NCBI GenBank assembly: GCA_037447605.1
Contig: CM074813.1
Location: 2,976,001-3,040,000, forward strand
Direction: 5' to 3'
DNA: 64,000 nucleotides
DNA from: Zygnema circumcarinatum SAG 698-1b
Lineage: Eukaryota; Plantae; Zygnematophyceae
The notes beneath the pieces are model-generated. The model ran no database searches, was not told where the DNA came from, and saw nothing but the letters and a program-made list of their open reading frames with translations. Both the position numbers and the translations under genes were made by a program. Positions 48,970 to 63,363 of the stretch are shown in pieces. Numbering within the stretch: position 1 is the stretch's first letter; each line of letters begins with the position of its first letter.

Positions 48970-51900
48970 TCACGAGCTCATGCTCATGCCCATGCCCACA
49001 ACTTCCACCTCACGCTCCAGCTCCCCAACGAAGAACCGGTACTTCCCTGTCCGTACAGAGGCCTTTCCATGCTCATCAACTGTTGAAAAATCCGTTTCCA
49101 AATCGAGCAAAAATTTGATGTTCACCGTCTCTCCAACTGCCATGTGAACCCTCCGGAACCCAACGGTGTTCCGTAACGGGGAACCTGTTCTATGTTGAGG
49201 GGGCACAACGTACAGAATCACAACGTGACTGCCACAGAACGGCCCCAAATTTTCGACGCTCACAGTCACATAGATCGTCGAATTCTTACTGGCACCCGTT
49301 ACGTCAAATGGATCCTGATTTTTCACATGGAACAGGATGGGGGAGGGAGCTTCCATGGCGTAGGCAAAGGTGCTGTAACTGAGACCATGGCCGAAACTGA
49401 AAACGGTGGGGCCCACATAGAACCGGTGCGTGCGACCGGGAAACCCAGTAACGGAATCGGCTCGCATTCGCATGTCCAACATAGAAACCCCCTCCGCATA
49501 TTCCTGCTTGTACCATGTCATGGGGAGCCGCCCTCCTGCAAAAAGTTTTAGGGTTTTAGACAAAAGTTTTAAGGGGGGGGGTTGGGGGGCGGAAATTGAA
49601 CTAAAAATTGACAAAAAAAAACTAAATTCAAGCACATTTTTACTTACCCAATTCAGATCATCCATTTTTAGCCTCAAAACGATGATTTAAGAAACCTTTT
49701 TAGGGGGGCAATTAAAAGCAGAAACTGACCAGGATTATAGTCTCCAAACAGCACTTCTGCAATAGCCCGCCCTCCGGCCTCCCCCGGGTACCCCCCCCAC
49801 AAGACAGCGCCTACTCGAGGATCCCCCACATGCTCCTCCACATCCAACGGTCCTCCTGAGAGGAGCACAAGGATCAACGGCCCCTGCGAGGCCGCCGCCA
49901 TGACCGCTTCTAGAAGGTCTCCCTGCCTTCCAGGAAGCTTCAGATGGAGCCGGTCCTTCCCCTCGCCCTCTTGTGATTGGTCGAGACCCAAGAAAAGGAT
50001 GGTTGCGTCAGCCATGGCTGCCGCCTGAGCCGCGGAAGGAATGAAATTTGGAGACTCGCATGCAACATCATAACAACCTCTTTCATATATAGTGTGAACA
50101 TAGGTCGAGAGAGACTGCAGCGGAGTCGAGGAATGGCAAGGGATGCCTGCAACCCCCCCCCCATATCCAAAGTTTAGAGCATCATAATTTGCAGAGTTTT
50201 CTGAAATTCTTACCTTACGGAACCAAAAAAACCCTAAAAACCCTAAAAACCCACACTTAAGCTTCCATTGTGAACAGAGAAATACGTGGATTGCAAAAAT
50301 TGAAGTATTTTGTGGGGCCCACCCTGATAGTTCCCCAGCATGGCTTCCGACGAGTCAGCAAGCGGCCCAATAACGGCCACATGGCGCAGTTCCGTTCTAT
50401 CCAACGGAAGCGTTCCGTTGCGATTCACCAAAAGCACAATGCTCTCCCTTGCAGCCTCTAGCGCCAGCTGGCGATGCGCTGACGTGGCAACTGACGTCAC
50501 ATCAACCCTACCCCATGGCTCTTGCTGACGTGGGTCCCCATCGAACATGCCGAGGCGCATCCTCACATGCATCAAGTTCCGGAGCGCATTGTCGACATCA
50601 CTCTCCGACATCATCTTCGCTTTGATGGCGGCGGGAACATACTCCAAAATGATGTCGCCGCAGTCGAGGTCGGTGCCGGCCAATAGCGCGTCGGCGACCG
50701 CCTCCGCGGGGGACGCGGCCCATTGGTGGGCGAAGAAAATGCCGTCGATCGCTCCGCAGTCGGAGGTGATGTAGCTGCAGGTTCAGGGTTTAGGGTTTAG
50801 GGTTTAAGGTTTAGGGTTTTAGTTCACAAAGTTTGTAGGTTTGGGGGTCTGGGGTATGGGTGGGCTTCCAAAGGGAGGTGTGGAGGGGGAAGGGGAGGGG
50901 GAGGGGGAGGAGAGGGAGAGGGAGAGGGAGNNNNNNNNNNAGGGAGAGGGAGAGGGAGAGGGAGAGGGAGAGGGAGAGGGGGAGGGAGAGGGAGTTAGTG
51001 GAGGGGCTGGGAGACTGCAGGAGGAACTTAGTTTCTGGAACAAATGAAACGTATCGAAATCGAATATGTTCAGCGCACTACCATGTTTTTCGTTTGCTTG
51101 CATGTTGTGACCACAACTTCGAGTTCTTAGGGTTGAACCAAAACCAACGCACATTCACACACACAAAAGAAAAGCTCAATTTTTAAAAATTTAAGAAATG
51201 CAGAGCTTTACCCATTGAAGCCCCAAGTTTTGCGCAGAGTGGCATCCAGAAGCTGGCGGTGGGCACATGCAGGAATTCCGTTGATTCTGTTGTACGAGCA
51301 CATGACGCATGTAGCGCCGCCCTCCTCCACGCAGCTCCTGAAAGGAGGGAGGAAGGTGTCGGCCATGTCCTGCTCTGTCACCTGACAGGGGTTCACAAAC
51401 TAAGGGAGGTTCAGGGTTTAACGTTTTTAGGGTTCCTAGCTTCCAAGATTTCCGAGTTTTTGAGGTTCGGAGTTTCATGAATTCAGGTTATTCAAAGGGT
51501 ACTGGAACGGTTAGGAACTATGGAGTTCACGGGCGTTCAAAGGCTTTCAAGTTTCAAGACTTTTCATGACTTGAAGTTAAGAGGAATTTAGGGTTTAAAA
51601 TTTCCTTACGGCTTCGTCTCTCCATCTCTCTCTTCTCTCCTGTCCCACCTTCGCTCCTTTCTCTCTCTCCCTCTCTCTCTCTTTTTCTCTCTCTCCCTCT
51701 CTCTCTCCCACCCACCTTTGCATCAAAGTGGTACCGATCCACGCCCATCCAGTCCTCCACGTCATATGCTGCAAAGTGCTTACAGCAAGCCGATGTCAGA
51801 AGCATCCTGGAACCTTCCCCTTCATCCCTCCCTTTACTATTCCGGGGCTGCCTCTGCTCTTCCCGTCTCTCTCTCTCCCTCTCTCCCACTCTCTCCAGGC

Positions 51901-53010
51901 CCTGAATCCCTCTCACAAACTGCACAGCATATTGGGAGCACACGTGTGGATCCTCCCCGGGAGTTTCCTGGCCCCTTCCCCATCGCGGGTCGCGGAAAAT
52001 ATTTACATTTGGGGACCACATTGTCAATGTTGCCTGCCCTGCATGGTACATTGCTCGGGCTTCTATGCCAGTTGCCTGCCACACGGTGTATAGCAAAAGG
52101 GTGAGGGTGAACGTCATGGACATGGCCTTCTCTCTCTTCTCTTCTCTCTCTTTCTCGCTCTCTCTCCCTCTCTCTCTCTCCCTCCTCTCTCTCTCCTCTC
52201 TATCGGTCTCTCGCAACGCCTTCTCCCTCTTCCGCTCCCATCGTTCAAAAACATGCTACTGGCCAAAATGCATGCAAATCGACTGTTTTTTTCCACTTAA
52301 TTCACTGAGTTAGCAGGGCAATACAGGAAGAATCGACATACCCGAGCAATTAAGTACCAGAGCGATGCATTGAAAGAGGATGCCGTTGAAATTACTTGTG
52401 GAAAGCTTGTCGCACATGACACGTTGCCGTCAAACGTAACGCCGGGGCTGACTGCCACGCCATGGAGAGCTTCACCCCACCATTGATAAGCTGGAATTCC
52501 GAGTCTCGGTATTGCGGGAGCCGTATTGATGAGCTGATTTACTTTCTCTTGAAGAGATAGTCGGCTGATTAGGTCTGTCACATGGAATCGCCGTTCACGG
52601 TATCAAAGTAAGCGTTCCTCTTACAAGATAAAGAAACCTTTACCCTCTAAATTAAAAAAAAAAAAAAAACAAAAAAATAATAATAATAACCTCAAAAAAA
52701 AATCAGGCAATGTGTGACTTCGACCGATAAGCTTCCATGAATAGGTTTGAGAAACGCAGCTTTGGTTCTGTAAAGACCCCAGACTGTTAAATGAATTGAA
52801 TGGAAGTAAATTTCTCAAAAGATGAAGATGAAGCTCACCTTCTACACGTTCTTGGCGGGGGAGAGAGGTGTTGCAGAAGGGGAAGTGCGCTTTCCCCACC
52901 GATGGGTCGCAGGCGAACAGCACATTTCTGGAAACAATGGAGGAGGCCATGGCTGCTTCTGCCAAGCAGAGAATAAGCATCCACGCATTCAACATGGAGA
53001 CAAATGCCAT
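48970..53010 (-). CDS. BXL: Secreted GH3 beta-D-xylosidase/alpha-L-arabinofuranosidase, 7 exons
   Basis: Signal peptide; FPFCNTSLP; [12 protein letters not shown]; [24 protein letters not shown]; [10 protein letters not shown]; [14 protein letters not shown]; WGFNG|[10 protein letters not shown] with the nucleophile Asp; [13 protein letters not shown]; [10 protein letters not shown]; FGHGLSY; Fn3-like C-terminus. Confidence 0.95.
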
Positions 53011-56000
53011 GGCTCTTCCAAGGAGTGGTGGTGTCTATGGTTTCCAAGGGTTTCAGCGCCACGGACGAAACATATTTTACATATTTTATTTTACTTGCGC
53101 TCGATAATGTCTATACAAGCTCTGATTTGTTCTGAACCCTAATCCGTTAGAGAAGAGGAGGAAGAAGATGTGTGGAGGGATAGCTCTTGGATTTCCTGAA
53201 AGGCTGAAAAACATTAGGGTTGAATGCGGCAACAGGATTAGGTTTTTTCGCGAAGGATAGATAAGCTGAGGACGAAGGCTTTGTAACAGAGCGGTGGTTT
53301 AATTAGGGTTGATTTTTTTCTGAAAAAGAAAGGAAAAGGAATGTGAGAGATGAGGAGCAAGGCATGACTATGTGGCCGCCTCTGCATGCATCATCATGCA
53401 CCGATGCATCCCATGCATACGTGTCGCCATACAACAGAGGGAACGCGATAAAGTTACATTCATAAAGACAGGACCGTTTCTTGATCGATTCGGTGGTGAG
53501 TTACCTCGATATAGTCAGGTTTCTGTTGGAAGGTAAAGTCACGGGCTGTACGGGTGACTTTTTGGCTTTTTGCAGATTCTCCGTACGGTGAGTGTGTACG
53601 GACGAACGGACGGCCGTGACCGGAAGCGGCGGCGTTGAGTTGCGGCGGAGAGGGCGGTTGGCGGCGCGGCGCGGACCGGTTTATACCCGCCGGCGGGAGA
53701 GGGCGCCCGCGGCGTCACGCGGTGTCACGGGGCGGCGGGGGGGGAGGGGGGAGGGGGGAGGGAGAGGGAGAGGGAGAGGGAGAGGGAGAGGGAGAGGAGG
53801 GAGAGGAAGAAGAAGGGGGGGGAGAGGGGGAGGGGGAGGGGGAGTGGCAGAGGGGGAGAAGGAGGGAGAGGAGGGAGAGGGATAGGGGGAGGAAGGGATA
53901 GCGGGAGGGTAAGGGAGATATTGATAGAAACGGAGAAGAAGGGAGAGGGAGAGAAAGAAAAATGAAATAGGAGGAACCGAGAGACCATGAGAGAGTTTTG
54001 AGTTGAATAAAAGAGTGATTTGAATAGAATTTTGAGAGAATGAAAGAGAGGAGGGTAAAAAAAGGTTGAAACACAAAAAATCAGGAATTCCTAAGTTAAT
54101 CTTATTATTTTTTTTTTTTTAAGTCTTTGACATACGATGAAGGCAATATTTCTCTTCGTTTCCGCTCTAAGTATCATTTTTTCATTGAAAAACGCAGCAT
54201 TTGGAAGCAGTAAGTGAATACCTTCCTCACTATCGTCACCTCTCCCACATTGGTTTATTCCTCACCGTCAGTACTCTCTTTCTCATTAATTCTCCATCTC
54301 TCGCTCGCACTCTCTCCCTCTTTGCTCCCGCACACTCTCTCTCTCCCCCTCTCTCTGTCCCTTCCTCCCCCTCTCCTCCTCTCCATCACCGTCTCCCCTA
54401 CCTCGCCCGCTCTCTCCTCTCTCCCCTTACCTCTCCCTCTGACCCCACTTCATCCCCCCATCACTTATTTATCACAACCTTCACTGGAAATTTTCAAAGA
54501 ATGAACGAAAGAATTCACCAACGAATGAACATCTCAAAACCCTACATATTTCTAATTCAGCATCCAATACCTAAAATAGAGCCCCCTTCCCCCCCCAGAT
54601 GTCCTCGACCCTGCCTGCACCACCACCGACCGCGCCGCCGACGTGTCGATAAACATTTTCAAAGGCGGTGCTTTCATTTTCACAATTCTCGCCGAGGACG
54701 AGAACTGCAACGAGTACTGCGGCTGCATGGCCGCCGGCTGTGCTGCTCAGGGCTGCGAATGGTATGACGCCACGTGGCAGCCGTCCAGCCCATACTTCAC
54801 AGTTGGGCTCGCTCCGTACAACGCCTCGGGAAGCGTTCTCAAGGTGNNNNNNNNNNTGTGACTTCGACCGATAAGCTTCCATGAATAGGTTTGAGAAACG
54901 CAGCTTTGGTTCTGTAAAGACCCCAGACTGTTAAATGAATTGAATGGAAGTAAATTTCTCAAAAGATGAAGATGAAGCTCACCTTCTACACGTTCTTGGC
55001 GGGGGAGAGAGGTGTTGCAGAAGGGGAAGTGCGCTTTCCCCACCGATGGGTCGCAGGCGAACAGCACATTTCTGGAAACAATGGAGGAGGCCATGGCTGC
55101 TTCTGCCAAGCAGAGAATAAGCATCCACGCATTCAACATGGAGACAAATGCCATGGCTCTTCCAAGGAGTGGTGGTGTCTATGGTTTCCAAGGGTTTCAG
55201 CGCCACGGACGAAACATATTTTACATATTTTATTTTACTTGCGCTCGATAATGTCTATACAAGCTCTGATTTGTTCTGAACCCTAATCCGTTAGAGAAGA
55301 GGAGGAAGAAGATGTGTGGAGGGATAGCTCTTGGATTTCCTGAAAGGCTGAAAAACATTAGGGTTGAATGCGGCAACAGGATTAGGTTTTTTCGCGAAGG
55401 ATAGATAAGCTGAGGACGAAGGCTTTGTAACAGAGCGGTGGTTTAATTAGGGTTGATTTTTTTCTGAAAAAGAAAGGAAAAGGAATGTGAGAGATGAGGA
55501 GCAAGGCATGACTATGTGGCCGCCTCTGCATGCATCATCATGCACCGATGCATCCCATGCATACGTGTCGCCATACAACAGAGGGAACGCGATAAAGTTA
55601 CATTCATAAAGACAGGACCGTTTCTTGATCGATTCGGTGGTGAGTTACCTCGATATAGTCAGGTTTCTGTTGGAAGGTAAAGTCACGGGCTGTACGGGTG
55701 ACTTTTTGGCTTTTTGCAGATTCTCCGTACGGTGAGTGTGTACGGACGAACGGACGGCCGTGACCGGAAGCGGCGGCGTTGAGTTGCGGCGGAGAGGGCG
55801 GTTGGCGGCGCGGACCGGTTTATACCCGCCGGCGGGAGAGGGCGCCCGCGGCGTCACGCGGTGTCACGGGGCGGCGGGGGGGGAGGGGGGAGGGGGGAGG
55901 GAGAGGGAGAGGGAGAGGGAGAGGGAGAGGGAGAGGAGGGAGAGGAAGAAGAAGGGGGGGGAGAGGGGGAGGGGGAGGGGGAGTGGCAGAGGGGGAGAAG

Positions 56001-56985
56001 GAGGGAGAGGAGGGAGAGGGATAGGGGGAGGAAGGGATAGCGGGAGGGTAAGGGAGATATTGATAGAAACGGAGAAGAAGGGAGAGGGAGAGAAAGAAAA
56101 ATGAAATAGGAGGAACCGAGAGACCATGAGAGAGTTTTGAGTTGAATAAAAGAGTGATTTGAATAGAATTTTGAGAGAATGAAAGAGAGGAGGGTAAAAA
56201 AAGGTTGAAACACAAAAAATCAGGAATTCCTAAGTTAATCTTATTATTTTTTTTTTTTTAAGTCTTTGACATACGATGAAGGCAATATTTCTCTTCGTTT
56301 CCGCTCTAAGTATCATTTTTTCATTGAAAAACGCAGCATTTGGAAGCAGTAAGTGAATACCTTCCTCACTATCGTCACCTCTCCCACATTGGTTTATTCC
56401 TCACCGTCAGTACTCTCTTTCTCATTAATTCTCCATCTCTCGCTCGCACTCTCTCCCTCTTTGCTCCCGCACACTCTCTCTCTCCCCCTCTCTCTGTCCC
56501 TTCCTCCCCCTCTCCTCCTCTCCATCACCGTCTCCCCTACCTCGCCCGCTCTCTCCTCTCTCCCCTTACCTCTCCCTCTGACCCCACTTCATCCCCCCAT
56601 CACTTATTTATCACAACCTTCACTGGAAATTTTCAAAGAATGAACGAAAGAATTCACCAACGAATGAACATCTCAAAACCCTACATATTTCTAATTCAGC
56701 ATCCAATACCTAAAATAGAGCCCCCTTCCCCCCCCAGATGTCCTCGACCCTGCCTGCACCACCACCGACCGCGCCGCCGACGTGTCGATAAACATTTTCA
56801 AAGGCGGTGCTTTCATTTTCACAATTCTCGCCGAGGACGAGAACTGCAACGAGTACTGCGGCTGCATGGCCGCCGGCTGTGCTGCTCAGGGCTGCGAATG
56901 GTATGACGCCACGTGGCAGCCGTCCAGCCCATACTTCACAGTTGGGCTCGCTCCGTACAACGCCTCGGGAAGCGTTCTCAAGGTG
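52713..56985. repeat. ~2.14 kb near-identical tandem duplication (52713-54846 / 54857-56985) separated by a 10-N gap; probable assembly overlap
   Basis: Offset 2144, then 2139 after a 5-bp GCGCG-type indel near 53665. Both copies contain BXL exon 1 and GEX2-like exons 1-2. Confidence 0.9.
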
Positions 56986-59900
56986 GGAAGCTTGGAAATG
57001 GGTGGGGGGGGAAAAGGGTGGTGGTGGGGCCCGGGGGGGGAAGGGAGGGAGGGAGGGGGGGAGGGAGGGAGGGGAGGGAGGAGGTGGAGGGAGGTCCAGC
57101 TTGACTTCACAACTAGCTTGTCCTTGACTTCATTCGAAACAGTCCATGTTCAACTCTTGCGGGTGATAGTGACTTCCTCTTTAGCCTCCTAAATGTAAGG
57201 CTGTCAACTTTCCCTTCAATGTCGATTGAAACTTGGCTTCTCTCTTTCTAACTCGTCCTCAAAATAGAGGGAACTGAGTCTCCGTACATGTCCCTGCAGG
57301 ACCAGTGCCATGTAAATGCGCCGATAGCTGTTGGCCATTACCGTGTCACATGCTCTACAACAGCGCTCAGTTTTGGCAGATACATTGTCACCGTCGGTGC
57401 TGGAAGCCTTGGAATCATCATGCGCTCTCCGCTCCGCGTTCCGTATCTCGATGTTGCGGAAGGTGGGGAGTGACAGAAGGGGAGAAGGGCGAGGATGAAA
57501 GGGAGTTCACCAATGATGATGATGCTGATGTTAATTGAAATAGTCATGTTAATGTGGTTTTTCTTTATTTCGTCTCTTCTGATAAAGCCTTTAATATACT
57601 GTACTACTTTTTAGTCTTATTCTTAATCCATTGCTTTTGTCTTCGTGTTTCCTTTTGCAAACACAGGGGAGTCCTTCCCTATTGCTCCCGTCCTCTCCCC
57701 TCCCTTTCCTCCCCCCCCACCTCCTACTCCCTCTCACCCACCTCCGACTTCACCCCCATCTATCGCCTCTCTTTCGCCTTCGCTTGGGCCCCTTGAAGGT
57801 GGTACAACCGTCAGTATAAGGGGGGAAAACATTCTCTTTGGCAGCTTCTATGGCTGCCATTGGGGTACAAATGAGATCATCTTGGAAGGTGCAGTGAATG
57901 TCGATAATGAGACTGTGACATGTGTCACCTCGAAGCAAGACAATGAAGGCGAAGCAAAGTTCACGCTTGTGTTCACTTTACCGGATGGAGTACATACTTG
58001 GGCAACATCAAGCTATCTTTTCTTTGGTATGTTTTATCACCTATGGCCATTGCATAAGTAGAGGAGCTTGATCAGTTGCTTCTTTCCAATGATGTTATGT
58101 TTCTAGCTCAAGAATTTTCTAATCTTTAGCCATAAGTTCGCTCCCACTTCATCCGTTTCAACTTTCGTTCTTCTCGTTTCTCCCTACCCCTCTCTCACCT
58201 CCACGTCGTCACCTTTCACATCTGTCACCCTCTCCCTACACCTGTGCGCGTCTCATTCCTCTCCCACTCTTAACTTCCTCTCTCCCTCTCCCTCTCCCTC
58301 TCCCTCTCCNNNNNNNNNNCTCTCCCTCTCCCTCTCCCTCTCCCTCTCCCTCCCTCTATCCTATGCTGATGTCGGGCATGAGTGCTCTCTCGCTCTCTCT
58401 CTCCCCCTCGCTTTTTCTCTTCTTTCTCCGCCAAATGCAGCACAGCCGCGCAATCTGTCCCTTTCGCCGCCATGGATCGATTGGAAGGGGAATGATGCCG
58501 TCACCATATCGCAGTTTCCACTTTCTCTCCCTCTCTCTTCCGCCACGTGTCGCTTCACCAACACCACCAACCCTAATCTCGCACCTCCTTCAAACGACAA
58601 TTCCTTGAGAAATTCATCATCTTTGCGGTCCAATGCTCCTGAATTTGTTGTTCCGGCGAAGCAAACTTCCATCGCGGGAGTTTTGGAATGTGGGGTTCCT
58701 CCTATGCGTTGTTCTGATGGTCTGTTGGTCGATATTTCAATCAACGGAATCGATTATATTGACGAAAGTTTCTGGGTTCCTTGCGTTGGTAAGCCCCCCT
58801 ACAATTGCAAAAAAAGTAAAAGAAGTAAAAGAGTGAGCATTTGTCATTATACTTGTGTTCAAATTCCTTTTTATGTTATTTTTTACTTGAACATAGATAT
58901 GAAAAGGAGGTGAACGAGATCAGAACGTTTCTTAACTAAATGGAAAGCGCTCACTGCATTTACCTGCGTCAGAATTTTCTTTCTAGAATACTCAAAAACC
59001 TGAATTCTACCCTTGTCCAGATGATGCTCCCCCGCAAACATCTCCAGATTTCGCGGAGTCTCTCGACGGCGAAACTGTGAAGATCTCCGTTTTAGCCAAT
59101 GACAAAGTTGTCTATGGCGACCTTCAATTTCTTCATATTGAGGAGGTAATTCAAAATTCAATTTTCAAACCCATCAAACTTGGCACTATATTGCATCATT
59201 TTTAACTTTCTAACCGGTTTATACATATGTTTATACACTGGTCATTCTTTCTAAAAAAAAAATTTGAACTTGCTCTCTCCCTCCTCCTCTCCTTCAGCCA
59301 CCCCTATATGGAAGCGCCCTTGTCTATGGAAGCTACATTGAGTACAACCCAGATGAAGATTTCTACGGAACTGACTGGCTCATGTATTCAGTTAAAGATG
59401 CTCGCAACCGTTCAGGAAGCAACACTGTCACCGTTTCAGTAATCCCTCGAACTCCACTTATCACATCGATTCCACCTCCCTTTTCCACTGCTCCTGGGGC
59501 AACATTTCCACCAAATGGGTTTGTATTCCGTTCAAAAAACTCTTTTTTACTGAATACTCTTTCAGCTCCTCGATCAGTTCTTTAAATCATGAACAGAGCT
59601 CCTTCTGAAAGAATCTACTCCATCATAAGATTCCAATTTGGTTTCAAAAATGGACACAAGCATAGATATAGCAGTGCTGAATCTGCGGCATTGGGGTACA
59701 AATGGAGTTTCTTTGCAGAAGCATTCAGGGTTTTTCTACGCATTACGTCCCTACTCAGCTTCTATTGTACACAACCTTATGGGCATTCCATGGCCAAGTT
59801 TCTTTCACAGTTGGTGAAGATGATCTTTGGAAAAATGTAGTTATAAACGAAAATCCTCTTTTACCTGACGATGACGAATTTGTTCGATCGCTCAACTTTT

Positions 59901-60989
59901 CGGGTACAATTGCTTCTATGAATTCTGCCCTTCGAGCTCTCACATATACATGGTACATATGCATCCTTTTTCCATTCATATTTTAGGGTTTTTAGGGTTT
60001 TTAGGGTACAAAAACTATAACTAAAATCCCTGAAAACATCTAGTTTACATTGGTTTACAGTGCTGCTGCCAGTTCCTACTCCTTCACTTGCTCTAATGAG
60101 GTGATTGACTGCCAACCGTTGGCTGCTTCCAATGGTTGGCAACTGTTTTTCCTTATCATGCCTCCCTTCGAACACACAGTGATGTAACGGATGTAGGCAG
60201 GTTATATATCAAGCTTCGAGATCATAAAATGATGTAGTGCACATCTTGATGCTGTACATCATCCGTTTCTTTCTTACGCAGTGATGTAACGGATGCGGAT
60301 AACGACACCATCTTCATGATGGTGAGGGATGGGTACGGACATGATGTCAAGGCCTCCGTCTCCGTTGAAATCTCCTCCCTTCTGTTGCCAGCACCTGAAA
60401 TTCAGGCACCTGATTCTGTTTATATGGAGGTCACTTCACTCGGAGTGATTCCGAGGGTTCAGGACGGACCTGCATCGAGTCCGGAAGAGGGAGTGCCAAT
60501 CCCAAATGTGACTGTGACTTATTCGAAGAATCTGGAAGGTGACGAATTTTACTTAGAGCATGTTTCTCAGATGGCTATCCTTTCAATTTTGTATATTATA
60601 AACGATTAAGAGTGTGACTCTGTATACGAAGAATCTCTCTCTCTCTCTCTATCTCTCTCCCTCTCTCTCCCTCTCTCTTTCCTTCTCTCTCTCTTTCTCT
60701 CTAATCAAACCTGTCCCTTTCACACTTCACAGACCTCCCAGAACCTCGAACACTCGTCACGCTTAGCGCTCTCAAGGGTGAAATCGGCATAAAGTATGGA
60801 GATTCCTATTCCCCTCTCTGTATCGCAAATGGTTCCAATGCATCAAAAAACTCCTCTTCACCCTCCTCCTCCTCCCCCCCCCAGTCCCCTCTCCAGCGAG
60901 TGAAGGCCATGACTTTGGAGATAGAGGGATCCATCTCCGCCATTGATTTGATTCTGGCGGATTTGCGATACATCCGGCTTCCAACAAAT
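56276..60989 (+). CDS. Secreted or cell-surface GEX2-like Ig-repeat protein (filamin-like, Pro linker, 2 IPT/TIG, cadherin-like Big_9, GEX2-type repeats); 3' end lost in gap
   Basis: Ten in-phase GT-AG exons: 56276-56348, 56738-56982, 57300-57462, 57667-58026, 58441-58788, 59021-59145, 59298-59518, 59719-59952, 60282-60538, 60733-60989 (2283 nt, 761 codons, no stop). Motifs: signal peptide MKAIFLFVSALSIIFSLKNAAFG; IPT PSIASLSPSLGPLEGGTTVSIRGEN; VKISVLAND...PLYGS...IEYNPDEDFYGTDWLMYSVKD; LNFSGTIASMNSALRALTY; LEIEGSISAIDLILADLRY. Confidence 0.78.
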
Positions 60990-61105
60990 GTGAGTTACCT
61001 TAATCTGTACCCAAACTTTGGAGGTGGAATTATAATTTTAGGAAGTGCTTTCTTGGTTTGGAATAACTTGCTTTCTTTGTTTATCTGGTGATAAGGCTTC
61101 CCTTC

Positions 61106-61367
<262 letters not shown>

Positions 61368-61714
61368 AGAGAAAGCGGGCGAGAACGAAGACGGAAGAAG
61401 AGAAAGGGGGAGAGGAGGGGTAGGAGAGGGGAAAAGAAGGAAGGAGAGGGTGGGGAGATAATTATATAGGTAGTGATATATGGGACAGACGCAGTTGGCG
61501 GATTGGAGGAACTTGAGAAAGCGCGGAAGGGAGAGAAATGAGTTCTGGGAAGAGAAAGGTAGCATGAGAAAGGGAGAGAGAGAGCGAGAGGAGGTGGACT
61601 TTGGGGAGGAGGGATAGGACAAGAAGTGAAAATCGCAGTACCGAAGAAAAAGCATATGCTTAATTCAAATGGAACGAGTTTTCAGGAAATTTACGACGAG
61701 TTGAAGGAACTCAC

Positions 61715-63279
61715 TGATGAAATTTGATGTCGTCCAAGTCGATCGCTTTGCCCTTTGTGGCCCGCCCTTGAGCCTCCAACAGCACTCGGTCATTCAAGCC
61801 CAGTTTACATTCCGGCATTCCACTGCCAGAAAACAGAAAGCAGTGAAAGAAAACATCATTGGACGAACTAAAATCCGACCATTTCTTCTGAATTCGTTTT
61901 CAATCTATGTAATGATCTTTCTTACTCATGCAGAAGCATCTCCAGGACGAGCAGTCCAGATTTGGAAAATGCAAGAAATTTAGGTTTCTTGCAGTTGTAC
62001 TGTTCAGTTTCAGACTTGCTAAAGTTTAGGGTTTATGCCTCTATTTTCGTTCGTTGGGTACATTGAAGGATATTAGGGTTTAAAACTGTTTGGTCTTTTC
62101 TTAAGAAGAAAGCGCATTCATGTGCTGCACTTACCTTAAATATGTTCGCATTTTTAGAGCTCCCACGACTTCTGACCGTACCAGCTGACCGTTGCTGTTC
62201 ACCAAAATATTCACACTTTCAACAACGTCCAAAAATACCTGTTCACATAGAAAGAAAAAAAGAAAAATAAACGTTTTTTCTGTGCCGATACAAACATGCC
62301 AAACATTGAAGGGGATCCTGAAATGAAATGAATCTCCAATCCAAATACCAAACACTAAGTCCAAAAACATTGAAAACCCTACCAGCCCTAAACCATATAA
62401 CACTTATGAACCGTTTTTAACTCTAAAGTTAACTCTGAGTTTTTAACTCTGAGTTCAATCCCATTTTCCATTCTCTTTTCTTTTCTTTTTAACTCTAAAG
62501 AGATTGTAGGGTTATGAAAGAAACTTAAAAACCAAATAGATCTGCACCTCATTTTTCTTGTACCGAATCCCCTCGCTTCTCCATGAAACTGCGTTAGTAA
62601 CAGCCATGGGCGGGCGAGTCGTAGTTTCCATTTTGTAAGCATCAGTTTTTATAAATTCGCTTAAAATTTTCGCTTCCGTATATTGGGGATATCCAAAATC
62701 CATCATTTCGTCCAGAAGCTCATACTGCAGAATGGGACAAACAGAGACATAAAAACGAGAAAAAAAAAAAAAAACAGAAAATGAAATGTGTTCATTAGTG
62801 ATAACAGCTTGAATGATTGGAACAGTTCTAGATCAAGTTTCAAAGCGGAAAGAAAAAAAGACAAAGCGGAAGCTTCCTTTGTCCTCCGAAGCAGCCACTT
62901 GTGAACAAACTGCGGCAAAAAAAAAAATCTTGCATGAACGCACTTACCACTACTACAAAATTATCTCGCAGAGATTCCTCTTCAAGCTCCTCAAAATAGT
63001 GCTTGAAAACCTGCATGGTGAAAGGAAAAAATTAAAAAGGGGAAGGCAAATTAAGCCCGTGGAAAATCAAATAATGAGAAGGAAGCTTTTTCATAAAATT
63101 CATTTGAAACAAGCAAGCACCCCATGAAAAGCCCAGTACGGAATGGAATAGAGTGAATTAAACTAGCAGCACAGCCTACTTTTATCTGCCCTACAAAGCG
63201 TTTTACTATGCAACCCCCCCTTGTCTTCCCTTGAAATCTAAACTAAAGATTCAAAAGAGAAATTTCAACCGAAATGGAA

Positions 63280-63363
<84 letters not shown>

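Noticed and set aside
52713-56985. Real tandem duplication of the BXL/GEX2-like promoter and first exons
   Set aside because: The copies abut a 10-N gap exactly and differ visibly only by one 5-bp indel, typical of unmerged contig or haplotype overlap. Halved read depth would confirm this.
59021-59518. Recent bacterial horizontal transfer of a Big_9/cadherin-like domain
   Set aside because: The domain is split by a canonical intron and fits the plant GEX2-type module, so nothing indicates recent transfer.
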